Source: Macrostomum lignano (taxonomy: Eukaryota). Taken from it: a stretch of DNA of 64,000 nt. Shown here piece after piece: positions 26,313-46,200 of the stretch (positions are counted from its first letter, which is position 1; each line of letters begins with the position of its first letter). The notes beneath the pieces were generated by a model that was not told the DNA's origin, searched no databases, and saw only the letters and a list, made by a program, of their open reading frames with translations. Where the stretch lies: contig NIVC01002796.1 of assembly GCA_002269645.1 (NCBI GenBank), positions 31 through 64,030 on the forward strand, in the 5' to 3' direction. Made by a program: the position numbers and the translations under genes.

Positions 26313-28325
26313 TCACATCCAGCCAGAGAAGGCGGCTGAGTTCGGTGCTGGCGACTCGCCAAGTTGCTCGTTGCTTCTGACCTTCTTCAGCGAGGCCAGC
26401 TGCTCGGCTGTTGGCCAGTCAGCGGTCGCGCCGGCGGCTCCGGCGGGGGTGATGGGGCTGACGGGCGTGTCGGCGGAGTAGCGGCGCTGCTCGGCGAGGC
26501 CGCCGAAGAAAAGGGCGCTGTTCCACAGGCGCTTCGGCCGCTCCTGCTCCGGCCAGAGCCGGCGGGCGTCCTTCAGGGTCTGCTGCTGCTGGGGCTCGTT
26601 TAGCAGTGACATCTGGGCGATCCCAATGCAGGCGTCAGCTCCGACATCGTCGCTGCTAGCAGCGGCGGCGGGTCCGGCAGCCGGGGTGACGCTGACAGTC
26701 GGGGCGGCCGACTCAGCTTTGGTCTGGCGCACCTGATGAAAATCGGCCACCAGTTTGAGGGCCTCGACGGAGCGGGGCAAGCTGGGCTCGAGCCACAGGC
26801 CTGGGCAGCGCATGGCAACGTACTCGGAGATGAGCTGCTTGGCAAACTGGACCCGTTCCTTGGTGCCGCAGATGGTGAAGCAGGTGCGCAGGCCGGGCTG
26901 CTTCTCCTGCTTGCGCGGCGTGGCGATGTGCGTGTCTGAGAGCTGCTGCACCCAGCGGATGGTCTGGCCAGAGGCGCCCACAATGAGGCCGACCTTGTCC
27001 TGCTCAACATACAGTCGCTCCTCCACTCTAGTGGGTTCAGTGCGAGTCTGACGTTCCTGCTGCACCCGGGTAAAGTGCTCACTCATCTGCTGCAGAATTC
27101 GGATCGCCTGCAAACAATTGATTGTGGGCTATTTGTTGAATGACTTAAGCACAATTTAGTGGTTCTTGTATTTTTGGCAATGTGCCAAGTTTTATATGCT
27201 CAATATGCATTAGTTGGAAAATTAAAAATTAAGCAACAGTGACTCACCTCAGCAACTTTATCTGGCACTCCAGTGACTTCAAAGATAGGCAGCTCATCTC
27301 TTGTTGGTGTCTTGACCCAAACCTTCAAGTGTTCACGGATCTGCTTGATGCGGAGGCCTGGAATAAGTAAAAAATAAGTTAAAATTAGCTAAATAAAAAA
27401 ATAAATGAACCAGTAATTAGAAAGAAAATAAGTTTTAAATATTAAAATTCAAAATAGGCCTATTCTAATCTAAAAAAACTTATATAAAATATACTTAAAT
27501 AAAAGAAGCTTATTTTAAATTTAAAGATTACAAATCAAGACAATATGCTAAATAAATTACTAAATAAGAAATTTTCAAACTAAAATATTTGGAAGCAACA
27601 ATTAATTCTCAAAGAGGAATTTTTTACACTTTACCTACATTAATTGAAAATTAATAAAAAACAAAATTATTTAGATTAGATGATATGCCATTTCTCATGA
27701 TGATTGATGTTAAGAAAAATATACAAACACACTTACCATTCTTGCCAACAATTTCAGCCACATGATCAGATGATGGAACTTGAATGCGCTCAGTAATTGT
27801 TATCTGTCGCTTGCCCTGAGCAATCGAAGCTTGCATTATTAGTCTTTGGAACAAATCGCGGGACCTATTCTCAAAGGTGGCCTGTCGCAGGTGGTTGTCA
27901 AAATCGGCACTGGCTGTCATTTGTTCAATGGCAGAAGTTCCAGCAGCTGATGAAGTCGCTGACTGGGTAGCAGAACTTGACAAATGATCCAAACTTTGAA
28001 GACTAAAATTTGCATCACCAAATGCTTCTGTACCTTCTGTTCTTGTCGCAAGTCCACAGCCAAGAATCGGCCTCCATGACGCACTGTCGCTCAATTCCGA
28101 TCCACGAATACCGCTAGCTTGAGTAGTCTTCTGGTTTGCAAGCAAATTTAGCAGGGACTCTGGGTCCAACTCTCCCATCTTCGGTAGTTCGACGTGTTCG
28201 AGAGTGGGAAGAACACGAGAAAGAAAATCAGACAGAGAGCTTTCTTCCGTTTTCGGGTTTCTATCCACAACAGAGTCGCTTTTAAAGTCACGACGTGATG
28301 AGTACTCGACGTCAACGTTCGACAT
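26313..28325 (-). CDS. mex3: MEX-3 family RNA-binding protein (2 KH domains, no RING; 497 aa)
   Basis: Exons 28325-27737, 27357-27248, 27107-26313 with consistent phases. IQVPSSDHVAEIVGKNGLRIKQIREHLKVWVKTPTRDELPIFEVTG matches MEX3 [46 protein letters not shown]. KH2 reads VGLIVGASGQTIRWVQQLSDTHIATP. Confidence 0.92.
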
Positions 28326-30160
28326 GCTAGAATTAGAAGTTCAATAGCAGGCAAAGCCTCTGATTCCACTATTTGGGTTGCTGATGAAAACACGTGGACA
28401 GGGCTCGTATATATACGCGAAATTCCAGCGACTGATGTCATTAAAAGATTATAACAAAAAGTATGTAGCGAAAAGCTAAATTCAAGAAAAAAAACAATAA
28501 ATTATACTACTTCAAATTTTATACGTTTTATTAACTACAAAATTCTTTTCGATAATGTTATCTTTGTTTTTCAGTTTCCTTTTGGAGCTAAATATAGATA
28601 TCTTAAAATAGACTTGGTTTTCTTCAAGGCCTTTTTTGGGTTTCCCAGTTGAAGAAGAATTGGGAAAGGTGCATACAGACGAACGAATGACTACTAAGTA
28701 AAAAGGACGCGACACTCCCCATCTATGGAAAAGTTTTGGGGAGTTTGTTTGCATTGTCGCATTGAACCTAAAATTTAAATGCTCATAACTCCGGGTTAGC
28801 TGCACCTAAAATGGTAACTTTTTGCCTGCTTTTTCAAAACTGTTCTCTTTAACATGATGTAAAGTTTGGAGCTATATCTACATGTGGGAATGGCAGACGT
28901 ACATACAGTAGAGTGACGACAACATCAAATATTTCATTGCAGTAAAAATGAATAAAGTTGCAGTCATTTCAGCGCTATTATTACTTAGTCTCGACAAAGT
29001 AGCAAATCAAAAGTAGCCAGCAGTTTAGCATCTTTAAAAGCGCATACCGTACAGCGTTGAACAGGCGGCAAAGAAAGCTATATACATTTCTTCATTATCA
29101 AAACGGTATTATCTTTACAAACTTCAGTCTGGTAAATTTTGCATTGTTGAATTAGTTAGCAGTATGTCTGCTAAAAAGCATTGCAAGTTTTAAATGAGTT
29201 GTAAGGTTGCATCACAGATACTACCTGTTTTATTATCTGTGGGTTGTATGTAGTAACATAAATTCAAATGCCAATATAACAATCTTAAAAAATTGTGCAT
29301 ACACCTATTTTGGGGTTTCTGTCGCACAAAGCTTTCTTTAAAACAGTCGAATAGAATTCTTTGTTGAAGGCAAAGCATCGCCTTCTTTCTTCACTAGCAA
29401 ACAAACACGTATAAATGCATTCCAATTACATGTACTCGTAGGTAGCTATACTTCTGTATACATTTTCATTATCTGTTCAAGGGTTGTACAGTTTAAGCGC
29501 GGGCGTGGATTATTCTCCAGCCGTCCAGCAAAAACTGAAGATTCATTCCTTGAGGGTCAAAGTTTAGATTGTATATTTTCATATTTTAGTTCAATATTTT
29601 TTAGCTTCCTGAGCACCCGAATTCCAATTCTGTTTTTTTTTAATCCGATCTCCATCTCAGGACGGCCGTTGATCAGAGGAATTGATTTGTTGAAACAATC
29701 AGGGGCTTTTTCTTTCGATAAACTGTCAAGAGTTTTAGTCAAGGTAAAGTCTCTATTATTAAGTTGCTATGCATAATTTTTAGCGTACTTGCCAACGTGA
29801 AATTGAAACGTGGCTAAAATTAGTATAGCCTAAAATAGGCGTGCATTTCCACCCTTAAGACTGAATTATGCGAGAATTTCCCGAAAGAACCTAAAATAGA
29901 TTATAACTCAATGTGAAACAGCATGGCATAAGTAGAGCTGGCAGTTGGCTAGATTAGTTACAAAAATTACGAGCTCCTTACGAGCCTCCTATACTACTTT
30001 ACGATATGTATCGAAAAGAAAGTAAAGTTCAATTTGAATTTTTATGCGGGAGTTACGTACTGTAGTTATTTTTTTAATTTAACGTCATTTAAGTTTCTCT
30101 ATCAAACAATTTTATGCACATTTAACTAATCGAAGCTTCCCTTTATGCGAGGAAAAATTC

Positions 30161-30233
30161 TGTCCAAGATGGGATTCGAACCCATAACCTTCAGCTCCGA
30201 AAACCGACGCCTTATCCATTAGAACACTTGGAA
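30161..30233 (-). tRNA. tRNA-Arg(TCG), degenerate; possible pseudogene
   Basis: 73 nt. D loop AATGGATA, anticodon loop TTTCGGA, perfect T arm ATGGG-TTCGAAT-CCCAT. There is a U1:C72 mismatch and a D-stem mismatch. Confidence 0.7.
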
Positions 30234-30644
30234 CACAGCTAATAGGGGCGCCCTTAACGTGACAATTTTAACTTGTGGCAGGCTTAATAATATGTTTACG
30301 CGAGGCTCACAGTGCGCGCTACGATTTTTCTGTCTGATTATGTAAATTAACTGTTTAACAATTCGTAAACAATTCAGCTCATTTATCGACCTGGCCTTGT
30401 TTCCTTACCTCGTTTTCAATGTAGCGAACTATTTATTTACCATGCAAGCTTTGTGTCCCCCGTGTGTTTTAATCATCATCAATATTTATACGACGTGGAA
30501 AAACTTGTTGATTACATATGCTAGCTGACTCAAAATCATTAAAGTCATTTTCGATAGGCCGGTAACTTTATTTTAGTCTTTAAAAACCACACTGACAGAG
30601 GCAACTTATGGAGAATGATAAGACTACAAGATTCAAACTGAACA

Positions 30645-31120
30645 GGTCAGTGTGGAAACAGGGTTCAGCCCATAGACAGGTCAGTGTGGATACAGGGTTC
30701 AGCCCATAGACAGGTCAGTGGATACAGGGTTCAGCCCATAGACAGGTCAGTGGATACAGGGTTCAGACAGCGAGCACCCAAGGACAGCGAGCACCCAAGG
30801 ACAACAATTGCACCCAAGGACAGCGAGCACCCAAGGACAACAATTGCATCCAAGGACAGCGAGCACCCAAGGACAACAATTGCACCCAAGGACAGCGAGC
30901 ACCCAAGGACAACAATTGCATCCAAGGACAGCGAGCACCCAAGGACAACAATTGCACCCAAGGACAGCGAGCACCCAAGGACAACAATTGCACCCAAGGA
31001 CAGCGAGCACCCAAGGACAACAATTGCACCCAAGGACAGCGAACACCCAAGGACAACATCTGCACCCAAGGACAGCGAGCACCCAAGGACAACGATTGCA
31101 CCCAAGGACAGGGAGCACCC
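30645..31120. repeat. Two adjacent minisatellites: ~31-33 bp (AGCCCATAGACAGGTCAGTGGATACAGGGTTC) and 36 bp (GCACCCAAGGACAGCGAGCACCCAAGGACAACAATT)
   Basis: Seen directly; the 36-bp unit is an internal dimer of GCACCCAAGGACA. Confidence 0.95.
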
Positions 31121-31681
31121 AATACAGTTTGGGGCCGCATTCAAAGTTTAGACTAAAGACAGGGACCACTAATACATTTAGAAAACTTTCATTTTCGGAA
31201 CTTGCAATTTACCATCGAATGGAAGAGGTAAGAATTTCGTAAAATTTGACGATTGCAACGAATGAAGTGAAATGCGAGCGTAAACAAAGTTTTATTATTT
31301 CCGCTCCAGCTGCGAGGTATACAAAAGCTGCAATCATAACTTAATAATTTACACTAAAAGTTCACTGCATGTATATAATGGCTGGGAATACCTAAACGTA
31401 TTCGCATATAAGGCGCTTAGCCAGTGCACATTCAAGCAAAAATTTCTATTCTTGGCCAAACCCCCAGTTGCCGGAATTCTTGCCACCCTAAGCACACAAG
31501 CAGCCAGTCAGAGCCTACGCTTGCTTTTAGCCTATGGCCTTCTATCTATAGCCTGTGTCACACAGCTCTTTTATTCGGCCAAAATAGCAAGAAAAGCCTG
31601 TCGAGCATGCATTAAATTTTGACGCTCTCTCATTCTCTAAATCCTCGTCAGGCATTTCAATCATCGCAAATAATCGACAGG

Positions 31682-38867
<7,186 letters not shown>

Positions 38868-38889
38868 ATCTGCTGGGATCGCTGAATCT

Positions 38890-39540
38890 CATCCTTGAGT
38901 TCTCAATCCTGAATTCTCATTCCTGAATTCTCATCCCTGAATTCTCATCCCTGAATTCTCATCCCTGAATTCTCATCCCTGAATTCTCATCCCTGAATTC
39001 TCATCCCTGAATTCTCATCCCTGAATTCTCATCCCTGAATTCTCATCCCTGAATTCTCATCCCTGAATTCTCATCCCTGAATTCTCATTCCTGAATCTCA
39101 ACCCTTATTCTTATCCCTTAATCTTATCTCTGAGTTTCATCCTTGAACCTCATCCTTGAATCTTATCCCTGAATCTCATCCCTGAATCTAAACTCTGAAT
39201 CTTATCCCTGAGTTTCATCCTTGAACCTCATCCTGAATCTTTTGCCTGAATCTCATGCGTGAATCTTATTCCTGAGTTTCATCCCTGAGTCTCACCTCTG
39301 AATTCTCATCCCTGACTCTCACCCCTGAATTCTCATCTCTGAGTCTCACCCTGAATTCTCATCCCTGAATTCTCATCCCTAAACCTTATCCCTGAATTCT
39401 CATCCCTAAATCCCATCCCTTAATCTCATCCCTGAATCTTATCCCTGATTCTCGACCCGAATCTCATCCCTGCATTCTCATCCCTGAATTCTCATCTCTG
39501 AGTCTCATCTCTGAATCTCACTCCTGAATCTCACTCCTGA
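38890..39540. repeat. 14-bp minisatellite (CCCTGAATTCTCAT)n immediately after the NLK stop codon
   Basis: Homogeneous core at ~38930-39090 with degenerate flanks. Confidence 0.95.
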
Positions 39541-40143
39541 ATCACACTTCCATCTGCTACTGGATCCCAGCCCTGAACCTCACTGTAACTGGCAGTGAAT
39601 GGCACCCCAGACAATGCACGCCATCTTCAGCGAACCTCCCCTGCAATTCCTCAATCTCACAGATCTTCGACAGTCAAAGTGGTTCAGCAGCAGCAGCCGC
39701 CACCGCCGCAGTCCTGGATGTCCTCATCGTCAGCTTCAGAGAGCGCCAGCAGCGATGTTGACGCAAACATAAGTGACACTGATGAGGCTGGCATGGTTGC
39801 TGGACTGATGGAGTCCGGAGTCTGAGGCGAATCCGCCCGCACAATGAAACTTTACTGTGTTGCTTTTTAAGCAACAGCAAAATGGCTTTTCACTCAGCTG
39901 TAGCTTTTACACATTTTACGGCGTCATCATTTCTGCTTGAACCACGTGTAACAATTTCAACTACTGCTTGAAATACTACTGATATATTACTGTTAGTATT
40001 AAACTAAGCCCTTCCTTTGCAAAGAAATAACAGCAAGAAAAGTAGTTTTGCACGATCGATTGAATCGATTTAATATATTAGTCTTTTGATACTTTATTTT
40101 GGGGATATCATAAAGAAGAAAAAAAAATATAAGCATAATGTAA

Positions 40144-41400
40144 TTCCGCTACCGCTTCCGCTACCGCTTCCGCTACCGCTTCCGCTACCGCTTCCGCTAC
40201 CGCTTCCGCTACCGCTTCCGCTACCGCTTCCGCTACCGCTTCCGCTACCGCTTCCGCTACCGCTTCCGCTACCGCTTCCGCTACCGCTTCCGCTACCGCT
40301 TCCGCTACCGCTTCCGCTACCGCTTCCGCTACCGCTTCCGCTACCGCTTCCGCTACCGCTTCCGCTACCGCTTCCGCTACCGCTTCCGCTACCGCTTCCG
40401 CTACCGCTTCCGCTACCGCTTCCGCTACCGCTTCCGCTACCGCTTCCGCTACCGCTTCCGCTACCGCTTCCGCTACCGCTTCCGCTACCGCTTCCGCTAC
40501 CGCTTCCGCTACCGCTTCCGCTACCGCTTCCGCTACCGCTTCCGCTACCGCTTCCGCTACCGCTTCCGCTACCGCTTCCGCTACCGCTTCCGCTACCGCT
40601 TCCGCTACCGCTTCCGCTACCGCTTCCGCTACCGCTTCCGCTACCGCTTCCGCTACCGCTTCCGCTACCGCTTCCGCTACCGCTTCCGCTACCGCTTCCG
40701 CTACCGCTTCCGCTACCGCTTCCGCTACCGCTTCCGCTACCGCTTCCGCTACCGCTTCCGCTACCGCTTCCGCTACCGCTTCCGCTACCGCTTCCGCTAC
40801 CGCTTCCGCTACCGCTTCCGCTACCGCTTCCGCTACCGCTTCCGCTACCGCTTCCGCTACCGCTTCCGCTACCGCTTCCGCTACCGCTTCCGCTACCGCT
40901 TCCGCTACCGCTTCCGCTACCGCTTCCGCTACCGCTTCCGCTACCGCTTCCGCTACCGCTTCCGCTACCGCTTCCGCTACCGCTTCCGCTACCGCTTCCG
41001 CTACCGCTTCCGCTACCGCTTCCGCTACCGCTTCCGCTACCGCTTCCGCTACCGCTTCCGCTACCGCTTCCGCTACCGCTTCCGCTACCGCTTCCGCTAC
41101 CGCTTCCGCTACCGCTTCCGCTACCGCTTCCGCTACCGCTTCCGCTACCGCTTCCGCTACCGCTTCCGCTACCGCTTCCGCTACCGCTTCCGCTACCGCT
41201 TCCGCTACCGCTTCCGCTACCGCTTCCGCTACCGCTTCCGCTACCGCTTCCGCTACCGCTTCCGCTACCGCTTCCGCTACCGCTTCCGCTACCGCTTCCG
41301 CTACCGCTTCCGCTACCGCTTCCGCTACCGCTTCCGCTACCGCTTCCGCTACCGCTTCCGCTACCGCTTCCGCTACCGCTTCCGCTACCGCTCCGCTACG
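40144..41400. repeat. Perfect 12-bp repeat (CCGCTACCGCTT)n, ~104 units
   Basis: Seen directly; gives the spurious poly-(PL) ORF. Confidence 0.99.
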
Positions 41401-41904
41401 CTAATGGCATGGGAATATAGAAAATAAAACACGCAATTTTATTTGTGATTTTCATTAGAGCTCATTAAAGGTTCAACTATAACAAAATAAAAGCTTAAAG
41501 CGGAGTGTAGTGAACTAAAAGCTACGATTCACGAAACAGCTGAAGCTAATAATGCAGAGTAAAAATTCGACGCTATCAATAACTCGACGTGCTGGTTAAT
41601 TTCTAAAGTCTCACCTATTTGAGAAAAGCATAATTACGAGAATAGGAAACAGTATTGTGGCGGCTAGCCTAATGACTTTCACTTTAGTCTATGACACCAC
41701 TTTTTCTTTTACGCACCGCGCTACTCTATTTAGCCCACGGGCATAATCAAATATAAAACCAACCGTGTTCCTTTAATTTTCGCCTTGCTCAGCAAGCCGC
41801 CAAAGTATACAATATTATGAGAGATATGGAAATCTTATAGTAACAGTAGGACAAATAACTCGAACACTTGACAACTTGCTGCAGCTCCACAGCAGAGAGT
41901 CTAA

Positions 41905-42397
<493 letters not shown>

Positions 42398-42866
42398 AAG
42401 TAACAAAATGTTATTTTTTAATCTGTGAATCATTTGATTTTTTCATCTCGAGTCAAGCAGGCTTTGCCAGCCGGTCGAACGCAGAACTCGGTGGGGTTTG
42501 TGGCGCTCAGGTGGCGCTCAGGTGGCGCTCAGGTGGCGCTCAGGTCCTGGCGCCTCTGTCGATCGGCGGCGGCTGTGCCGGGTGGCGCGGCTCGCCGTCC
42601 TCGTCGTAGGCGTCCAGAAAGCCAAGATGCTGCTCAGCCGCGGCCGCTTCAACCACGGCGGGAGCGACGGCGGCGGCGGGGGCGATGCCCAGCTGCGGGA
42701 GTTCCGGGACAGCAGCGGTAAACACATCTGGTTGTCGCGCCAGAGTCCCTGGTTCGACTCTGTGCGCGAACATATTAACTTGGGACTTGTGCACGGATCT
42801 GAGGTGCGAATCTCACTCGTGAGGGCAGGGAGATTGTACATGCCCGATGATAGGAAGGTCCGGACC

Positions 42867-42945
42867 GCTGCACACCCTGTGTGAGCGTGTGCCTGCGTGC
42901 GTATCCGCGCTTACGTACTGCGTGTGCGTGCTCAGAGATTAGCGG
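42867..42945 (+). mobile_element. Short dispersed element, family copy
   Basis: GCTGCACACCCTGTGTGAGCGTGTGCCTGCG...TGCTCAG. Confidence 0.6.
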
Positions 42946-43003
42946 AGTGGACGGAATTGGATTGAAGGAACCCAAATCCTAAACACCCTAACCCTAACCC
43001 CAA

Positions 43004-43190
43004 ACACACAAACCCTCATCTAAACACGCAAACCCTCATCTAAACACACAAACCCTCATCTAAACACACAAACCCTCATCTAAACACACAAACCCTCATC
43101 TAAACACACAAACCCTCATCTAAACACACAAACCCTCATCTAAACACACAAACCCTCATCTAAACACACAAACCCTCATCTAAACACACA
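43004..43190. repeat. 20-bp minisatellite (TAAACACACAAACCCTCATC)n
   Basis: About 9 units. Confidence 0.95.
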
Positions 43191-43278
43191 AAAATACACT
43201 AAACCCCTTCATAGCAACCCAAACCCAGTCATCTGGACAGCACCCAGACACACAGAGCTCCCATCCCGGGCAGCCTAC

Positions 43279-46200
43279 CTCGGGATGCGACACGGTCAGC
43301 CGGTACTCGTCCTCGCTATTATTCGGGCTGGCCTCTCGGTTCTGAGCTTCCAGGTTCAACTGCCGGAACGAGGCCACCCTGGGCACGGACAGGAAGTCGT
43401 CCGCCTCGGACACGCTGTCCCTGTGACCGCCGCCTCCGCCGCCTCCGCCGCCGCCTCCCAGAACCCGGCGCTGCCATTTCCTCTGGCGGTTGAGCTCAGC
43501 CCATCGCTTCCGCTCCGCCTCCTGCAAGCCAGAAAGAGAGACGGTTTAAGGAAAAAACAGACTTTATGTTCGAACTTCCCCAATTCAGCTTTTCTGCACC
43601 AATCTGCACTTTGACCATTGTTGGTGAGGATGCGAGTCTCAATCTAGTCTTCACTGATCTGCACTTTGACCATTGTTGGTGAGGATGCGAGTCTCAATCT
43701 AGTCTTCACTGATCTGCACTTTGACCATTGTTAGTGAGGATGCGAGTCTCAATCTAGTCTTCACTGATCTGCACTTTGACCATTGTTGGTGAGGATGCGA
43801 GTCTCAATCTAGTCTTCACTGATCTGCACTTTGACCATTGTTGGTGAGGATGCGAGTCTCAATCTAGTCTTCACTGATCTGCACTTTGACCATTGTTGGT
43901 GAGGATGCGAGTCTCAATCTAGTCTTCACTGATCTGCACTTTGACCATTGTTGGTGAGGATGCGAGTCTCAATCTAGTCTTCACTGATCTGCACTTTGAC
44001 CATTGTTGGTGAGGATGCGAGTCTCAATCTAGTCTTCACTGATCTGCACTTTGACCATTGTTGGTGAGGATGCGAGTCTCAATCTAGCCTTCACTGATCT
44101 GCACTTTGACCATTGTTGATGAGGATGCGAGTCTCAATCTAGTCTTCACTGATCTGCACTTTGACCATTGTTGGTGAGGATGCGAGTCTCAATCTAGTCT
44201 TCACTGATCTGCACTTTGACCATTGTTGGTGAGGATGCGAGTCTCAATCTGGCCTTCACTGATCTGCACTTTGACCATTGTTGGTGAGGATGCGAGTCTC
44301 AATCTAGTCTTCACTGATCTGCACTTTGACCATTGTTGGTGAGGATGCGAGTCTCAATCTAGTCTTCACTGATCTGCACTTTGACCATTGTTGGTGAGGA
44401 TGCGAGTCTCAATCTATTCTTCACTGATCTGCTCTTTAATCATTGTATAAACTTTCAACCGGGCACAATATCAATTCCACAGCTGATGCTCTGTCCTGAT
44501 TTTTGATTGGCTCGCCTCGTCCCTTCGTGTACAAACTTCATCACGTGACTGCCTTCCCTTTATCTTATATATGTTGCACTCCATGGTGCCACTTCTCCTA
44601 AAACTCCTTAACCTAGGATAACCTACTAATTTGTCATATGCTTTGCCTGTCAACATTGTAAGCCAGATCTGACCTCCTCTTTCTGATGCTGCACCAGGTT
44701 CTTCACGTGCTGCAACAGCTCGTCAATCTTCGATTCGGTGGAGTCCTCGTCCTTAGCGGACAGGCAGAGAGCCCGGTTCATTGGGAAAAAGTCGTATTTT
44801 TCCTCTATGAGCTGCGGGTGGGTTTAGTGAGGCAGTCATTTACAGGACGTACATGGATACGTTTATGTACACAGGCACACAGATTGTGCATGTACACAGG
44901 CACACAGATTGTGCATGTACACAGGCACACGGATTGTGCATGTACACAGGCACACGGATTGTGCATGTACACAGGCACACGGATTGTGCATGTACACAGG
45001 CACACGGATTGTGCATGTACACAGGCACACGGATTGTGCATGTACACAGGCACACGGATTGTGCATGTACACAGGCACACGGATTGTGCATGTACACAGG
45101 CACACGGATTGTGCATGTACACAGGCACACGGATTGTGCATGTACACAGGCACACGGATTGTGCATGTACACAGGCACACGGATTGTGCATGTACACAGG
45201 CACACGGATTGTGCATGTACACAGGCACACGGATTGTGCATGTACACAGGCACACGGATTGTGCATGTACACAGGCACACGGATGCGTACATGTACACAG
45301 GCACACGGAAGCGTAAATGTACACAGGCACACGGATTGTGCATGTACACGTACAGGCACACGCTCACACAGGGTGCTTAGCGGCTTCGACTTTCTTTTTT
45401 GTCAGACACCGAGGAATACGAGTATGAGCGCGCAAGGACTCAAACCGGGGACCTGGACTTTGGGGCCACCCAAAAGGGAGCGCCATAGGAAATTGTTTTT
45501 GCCATTTTTTGAGGCTGCAGATGAAAAGTTTTGAACTACTTGAAACGCCTCTTGAAGCCAACACAGAGGCTAAAAATTTAAGCAACGCATCTGATTAGTA
45601 AAAATGGCGGCCCCGGACACCGAAAATGGCGCTCTCGCTGACACCCAAAGTGGCACCCGTACAACCCAAAGCGGCGCTTCGACACCTAAAACGGCGCTCC
45701 GACACCAAAAACGGCGCCCCGACACCCTAAATGGCGCCCTCTCCGACACCCAAAATGGCGCCCTCTACGACACCCAAAATGGCGCCCTCTACGACACCCA
45801 AAATGGCGCCCTCTCCGACACCCAAAATGGCGCCCTCTCCGACACCCAAAATGGCGCCCTCTCCGACACCCGAAATGGCGCCCTCTCCGACACCCAAAGT
45901 GGCGCCCTCTACGACACCCAAAATGGCGCCCTCTACGACACTCAAAATGGCGCCCTCTCCGACACCCAAAATGGCGCCCTCTCCGACACCCGAAATGGCG
46001 CCCTCTCCGACACCCAAAGTGGCGCCCTCTCCGACACCCAAAATGGCGCCCTCTCCGACACCCGAAATGGCGCCCTCTCCGACACCCAAAGTGGCGCCCT
46101 CTCCGACACCCAAAGTGGCGCCCTCTCCGACACCGAAATGGCGCCCTCTCCGACACCCAAAGTGGCGCCCTCTCCGACACCCAAAGTGGCGCCCTCTCCG

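Noticed and set aside
43600-44432. Regular 42-55-bp arrays (also 4125-4572 and 54915-55830) as CRISPR arrays
   Set aside because: Units are contiguous with no unique spacers, no cas genes are present, and the context is eukaryotic introns.
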